Below the pieces are notes generated by a model. The model did not search any database. It saw only the letters and a list, made by a program, of their open reading frames with translations, and had not been told where the DNA came from. Positions 48,527 to 50,903 of a stretch of DNA of 50,903 bases are shown here, one piece after another. Position numbers and translations under genes: made by a program. The first letter of the stretch is position 1. Each line of letters starts with the position of its first letter. Where the stretch lies: contig JBIIAA010000001.1 of NCBI GenBank assembly GCA_044240165.1, positions 1 to 50,903 on the forward strand, given 5' to 3'. Origin of the DNA: Candidatus Nanopelagicales bacterium (GTDB taxonomy: Bacteria; Actinomycetota; Actinomycetes; S36-B12).

Positions 48527-48562
48527 TATTAATGTAGACCTATTAATAAGGTGCGGTATATT
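48527..48562 (+). promoter_or_regulatory. AT-rich putative promoter/operator: TATTAAT repeated with 14-nt period, then a TATATT -10-like hexamer
   Basis: TATTAAT at 48527 and 48541 and TATATT at 48557. These lie 43-78 nt upstream of ATG 48605. Confidence 0.3.
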
Positions 48563-48604
48563 CACAAGAAGAAATTTCACCTCAAACGATGAAGGTTTTA
48601 GCTC

Positions 48605-49480
48605 ATGACTCTGCGCGATCGACTCATTCCTGCTTCACTCGCTATGGTCACTTTCCTAGCCTTGCCGCTAGCTACTTTGGGGCAGTCTGTAGCCAGCCCA
48701 TCGGATTCACGTGCGCAAGCGCAGATTCTCAGCGCTGCGTGGGGTCTCAATAATGGAAACCAGTGCCCAACTGGTGAAAAGGGCCTAGACAACATCCCCG
48801 TCACTTTTAATTGGTTCATCCAAACCTCATCAATTGCCGTGACTGACTTTGTGATTACTCGCGATGACGGCACTACCGTCACTCCGACGTGTGCACTGCA
48901 ATACCCGCCCAATGAACCCAACGAACTTCAGACGGTCAACCTGATTGGCAACTTCGGTGATCCTGCAGCCGCCCGTCCAGTGAAAGTCACCGTCGTAGGT
49001 GAACTTCAAGGACATGCACCGCTTCAAACCACGTGGAGCACGATTACTCCTGGTCTTTCGCACAGCATTGTTCAGATTGAAGCCGGCCCTGACATTTCTG
49101 ATGCTTGGCGACTCACCCCAGCGATGATGAGTGGTGACACTAACGCCTGCACTGTCGGCCAAACATTTGTTCGCGTCGCATGGTCAAACGGCATGACTGC
49201 CTACCCAACAGGTGCTGAAATTGGTGATGCAGTCGTGAACTCTTACCGGGCGCTATTTACGCTTCCTAACGGGAAAGTAATCAACGTGCGACCAATCGCT
49301 GTTGCAGACCTTGCTGACCACAGCACTCCAGCAATGGACGACAACATGCATGACCTTTGCCTACCCAAGGTGCCAATCGGGGCAGTGCTGTCAGAGGTTC
49401 GTGTAGGTGCGAAATTCCTACAGGATCCAAATGGTGACCCAAACCTGGTTCAGCACTTCAAGGTACGTACGACAAGTTAA
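48605..49480 (+). CDS. Secreted protein of unknown function
   Basis: Signal peptide MTLRDRLIPASLAMVTFLALPLATLGQSVA. 291 aa. No recognisable family. Confidence 0.65.
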   Translation: MTLRDRLIPASLAMVTFLALPLATLGQSVASPSDSRAQAQILSAAWGLNNGNQCPTGEKGLDNIPVTFNWFIQTSSIAVTDFVITRDDGTTVTPTCALQYPPNEPNELQTVNLIGNFGDPAAARPVKVTVVGELQGHAPLQTTWSTITPGLSHSIVQIEAGPDISDAWRLTPAMMSGDTNACTVGQTFVRVAWSNGMTAYPTGAEIGDAVVNSYRALFTLPNGKVINVRPIAVADLADHSTPAMDDNMHDLCLPKVPIGAVLSEVRVGAKFLQDPNGDPNLVQHFKVRTTS

Positions 49481-49605
49481 TTCTTGATCCAGCCCGTAAT
49501 CTCGCGAGGTGAGGCAAAAGTTTCGCGGTGCGCTGCTTTGAGTTGCGGCGAGTTTCTTCGCTATGTGCGTCGCGGTATTTGCTCCAACTAGCCATACTGT
49601 GAGGC

Positions 49606-50250
49606 GTGATGAGCGAAGTTGGTGACGAATCTGTAGATTCGGCTCAGATTCCTCTGACAATTGTCTGTGTTGCGTATCGACGACCACAAAGTATTCAAGT
49701 TCTGTTGCATTGTTTTTTAGCCCAAACCTCGCAGAACTTCCGTCTGCTCGTTATCCATGACGGACCTGACGCAGAGATGTCTGTGCTTCTTTCTGAATAC
49801 ACGAGTCGCTATCCCGACCGAATCGAATACATTTTTACCGAGACGCGCTACGACGACTACGGCCATTCGCTGCGTCAGCTCGGCCTCGAACAAGTCAGCA
49901 CTCCATTTGTCCTGTTCACTAACGATGACAACTACTACGTGCCCGTATTTGTGCAGACTGTCTTAGCAGTCGCTCACGATAAGAATGCCGACATTGTTTT
50001 ATACGATGTCGTTCACAGCCATGAGAATGCTGGCGACACCATCGCACCACCGTATTCCGTTTTGATCACAGAGCCGCGAATGAATCGGTTTGATGTGGGT
50101 GCTGGTGTCTTTCGCACTGAACTTGCCCGTGCTGTCGGCTGGCGAAGCCGTGGATTTGCGGCGGATGGTGTTTTTATTGAAGACGTTCTTGCTTTCAAGC
50201 CCGACGTAAAGATTGAGAAAATCGATCAGGTGCTGTTCGTTCACAATTAA
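49606..50250 (+). CDS. Family 2-like glycosyltransferase (single domain)
   Basis: LTIVCVAYRRPQSIQVLLHCFLAQTSQNFRLLVIHDGPD is a GT-A N-terminus. An acidic motif follows (FTNDDNYY). The start is GTG 49606 or ATG 49609. Confidence 0.65.
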   Translation: MMSEVGDESVDSAQIPLTIVCVAYRRPQSIQVLLHCFLAQTSQNFRLLVIHDGPDAEMSVLLSEYTSRYPDRIEYIFTETRYDDYGHSLRQLGLEQVSTPFVLFTNDDNYYVPVFVQTVLAVAHDKNADIVLYDVVHSHENAGDTIAPPYSVLITEPRMNRFDVGAGVFRTELARAVGWRSRGFAADGVFIEDVLAFKPDVKIEKIDQVLFVHN

Positions 50251-50314
50251 GTAAACACAAAGAACACTGCCCGCCAAACCAGTGAGTAGATTGACAGACC
50301 ACACTCATTTGATG

Positions 50315-50339
50315 GTTCTCGCGCTAGTTAGCGCAGAAC
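50315..50339. terminator. Hairpin between the convergent GT2 and ahpF genes (possible terminator, no clear U-tract)
   Basis: GTTCT-c-GCGCTA-gt-TAGCGC-a-AGAAC, 11 bp with one mismatch. Confidence 0.35.
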
Positions 50340-50348
50340 TCTCAAGTG

Positions 50349-50903
50349 CTATTGGCGAATGAGGTAGTCAAAGGAACTTAAGGCAGCTGTGGCTCCAGCA
50401 CCAAGTGCAATCACAATCTGCTTGTACGGCACGGTGGTGCCATCCCCTGCAGCGAAAACTCCAGGAAGATTTGTCGCGCCTGCCGCATCAATGACGATTT
50501 CACCGCGTGCAGATAGTTCAACGGTCTCTTTCAACCATTCAGTGTTTGGTAGCAATCCAATCTGCACAAAGATTCCATCGAGTTCTAGTTCGTGAACCGA
50601 ATTATCTTCGCGCGACTGATAGTTCAAACCTGTCACCTTTGAGCCATCACCGATGACTTCAGTAGTCAGCGCTTGAAGAACTACGTCGACATTTGCGAGC
50701 GAGTTCAGTTTGCGAATCAGTACTTCATCCGCGCGCAGCTTGACGTCAAACTCAAGCACAGTGACATGACTCGCCAAACCTGCAAGATCAATGGCTGCTT
50801 CGATACCTGAGTTACCACCGCCGATGACAGCGATGCGCTTTCCTTTGAAAAGAGGACCGTCGCAATGCGGGCAAAAAGTGACGCCCTTATTGCGGTATTC
50901 CTC
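50349..50903 (-). CDS. ahpF: Alkyl hydroperoxide reductase subunit F, C-terminal part (N-terminus beyond the right edge)
   Basis: [15 protein letters not shown]...[36 protein letters not shown] closely matches remembered E. coli AhpF. My translation of 50778-50903 continues it in frame: [40 protein letters not shown]. Confidence 0.85.
   Translation of the reverse strand, partial: EEYRNKGVTFCPHCDGPLFKGKRIAVIGGGNSGIEAAIDLAGLASHVTVLEFDVKLRADEVLIRKLNSLANVDVVLQALTTEVIGDGSKVTGLNYQSREDNSVHELELDGIFVQIGLLPNTEWLKETVELSARGEIVIDAAGATNLPGVFAAGDGTTVPYKQIVIALGAGATAALSSFDYLIRQ

Noticed and set aside
48059-48532. Two ORFs (75 and 78 aa) in the long intergenic region
   Set aside because: They are Arg/Cys/Ser-rich with no RBS and no recognisable fold features. 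I treat the region as non-coding pending transcript data.
1-50903. CRISPR arrays, transposases, integrases, toxin-antitoxin pairs, retron/DGR reverse transcriptases, rRNA
   Set aside because: None were seen. The only regular repeats are coding: the helicase tail, the PT-rich linkers and the TVTVPG stalk. The other repeats are the short 11-nt tandem and the tRNA-Phe fragment.

Overview
This is a 50.9-kb, very tightly packed actinobacterial chromosome segment. The phylum call rests on the mycothiol genes mshA and mshD, carD, glnR, senX3-regX3, and a gene order close to Mycobacterium. The moderate GC, many 1-8 nt gene overlaps and near-absent spacers suggest a small, streamlined genome; that is inference, and no database was consulted. 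Most of the window is housekeeping: a DEAD-box helicase; carD-ispD-ispF-cysS-rlmB; regX3-senX3 divergent from phoU-mshA-ybjN-gpmA; dtd; a nitrobindin-fur-ygfZ operon; a DsrE/DUF4395/thioredoxin redox cluster; glnR-mshD; ppk-CYTH/CHAD-mutT1; glgC divergent from glgA/glgM; purU; lemA-htpX; rpiB; htrA; sua5; and a partial ahpF. There are five intact tRNA genes (Thr-UGU, Lys-UUU, Glu-UUC, Asp-GUC, Phe-GAA) and one truncated tRNA-Phe copy. Accessory-looking pockets are: 24.6-25.9 kb, a secreted trypsin-like protease coupled to glgC; 29.3-34.2 kb, a reductase, an unknown 507-aa Rossmann-like protein, a sulfotransferase-like protein and a secreted protein; 34.6-38.2 kb, a LuxR regulator, a surface protein, a class F sortase and a matrixin; 40.4-43.5 kb, a heparinase II/III-like protein and MpaB; and 46.1-50.3 kb, downstream of tRNA-Phe. 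My most unusual observation is at tRNA-Phe. A 42-nt copy of its 3' half, carrying a compensatory T-stem base-pair change, brackets a 1.3-kb integrase-less insert. Both tRNA copies are followed by diverged DUF1566-type paralogs, and one of these is a frameshifted chimera. I saw no CRISPR array, integrase, transposase, reverse transcriptase or rRNA. All calls come from reading the sequence and ORF translations by eye. Family names rest on recognised motifs and remembered homologs, not searches.
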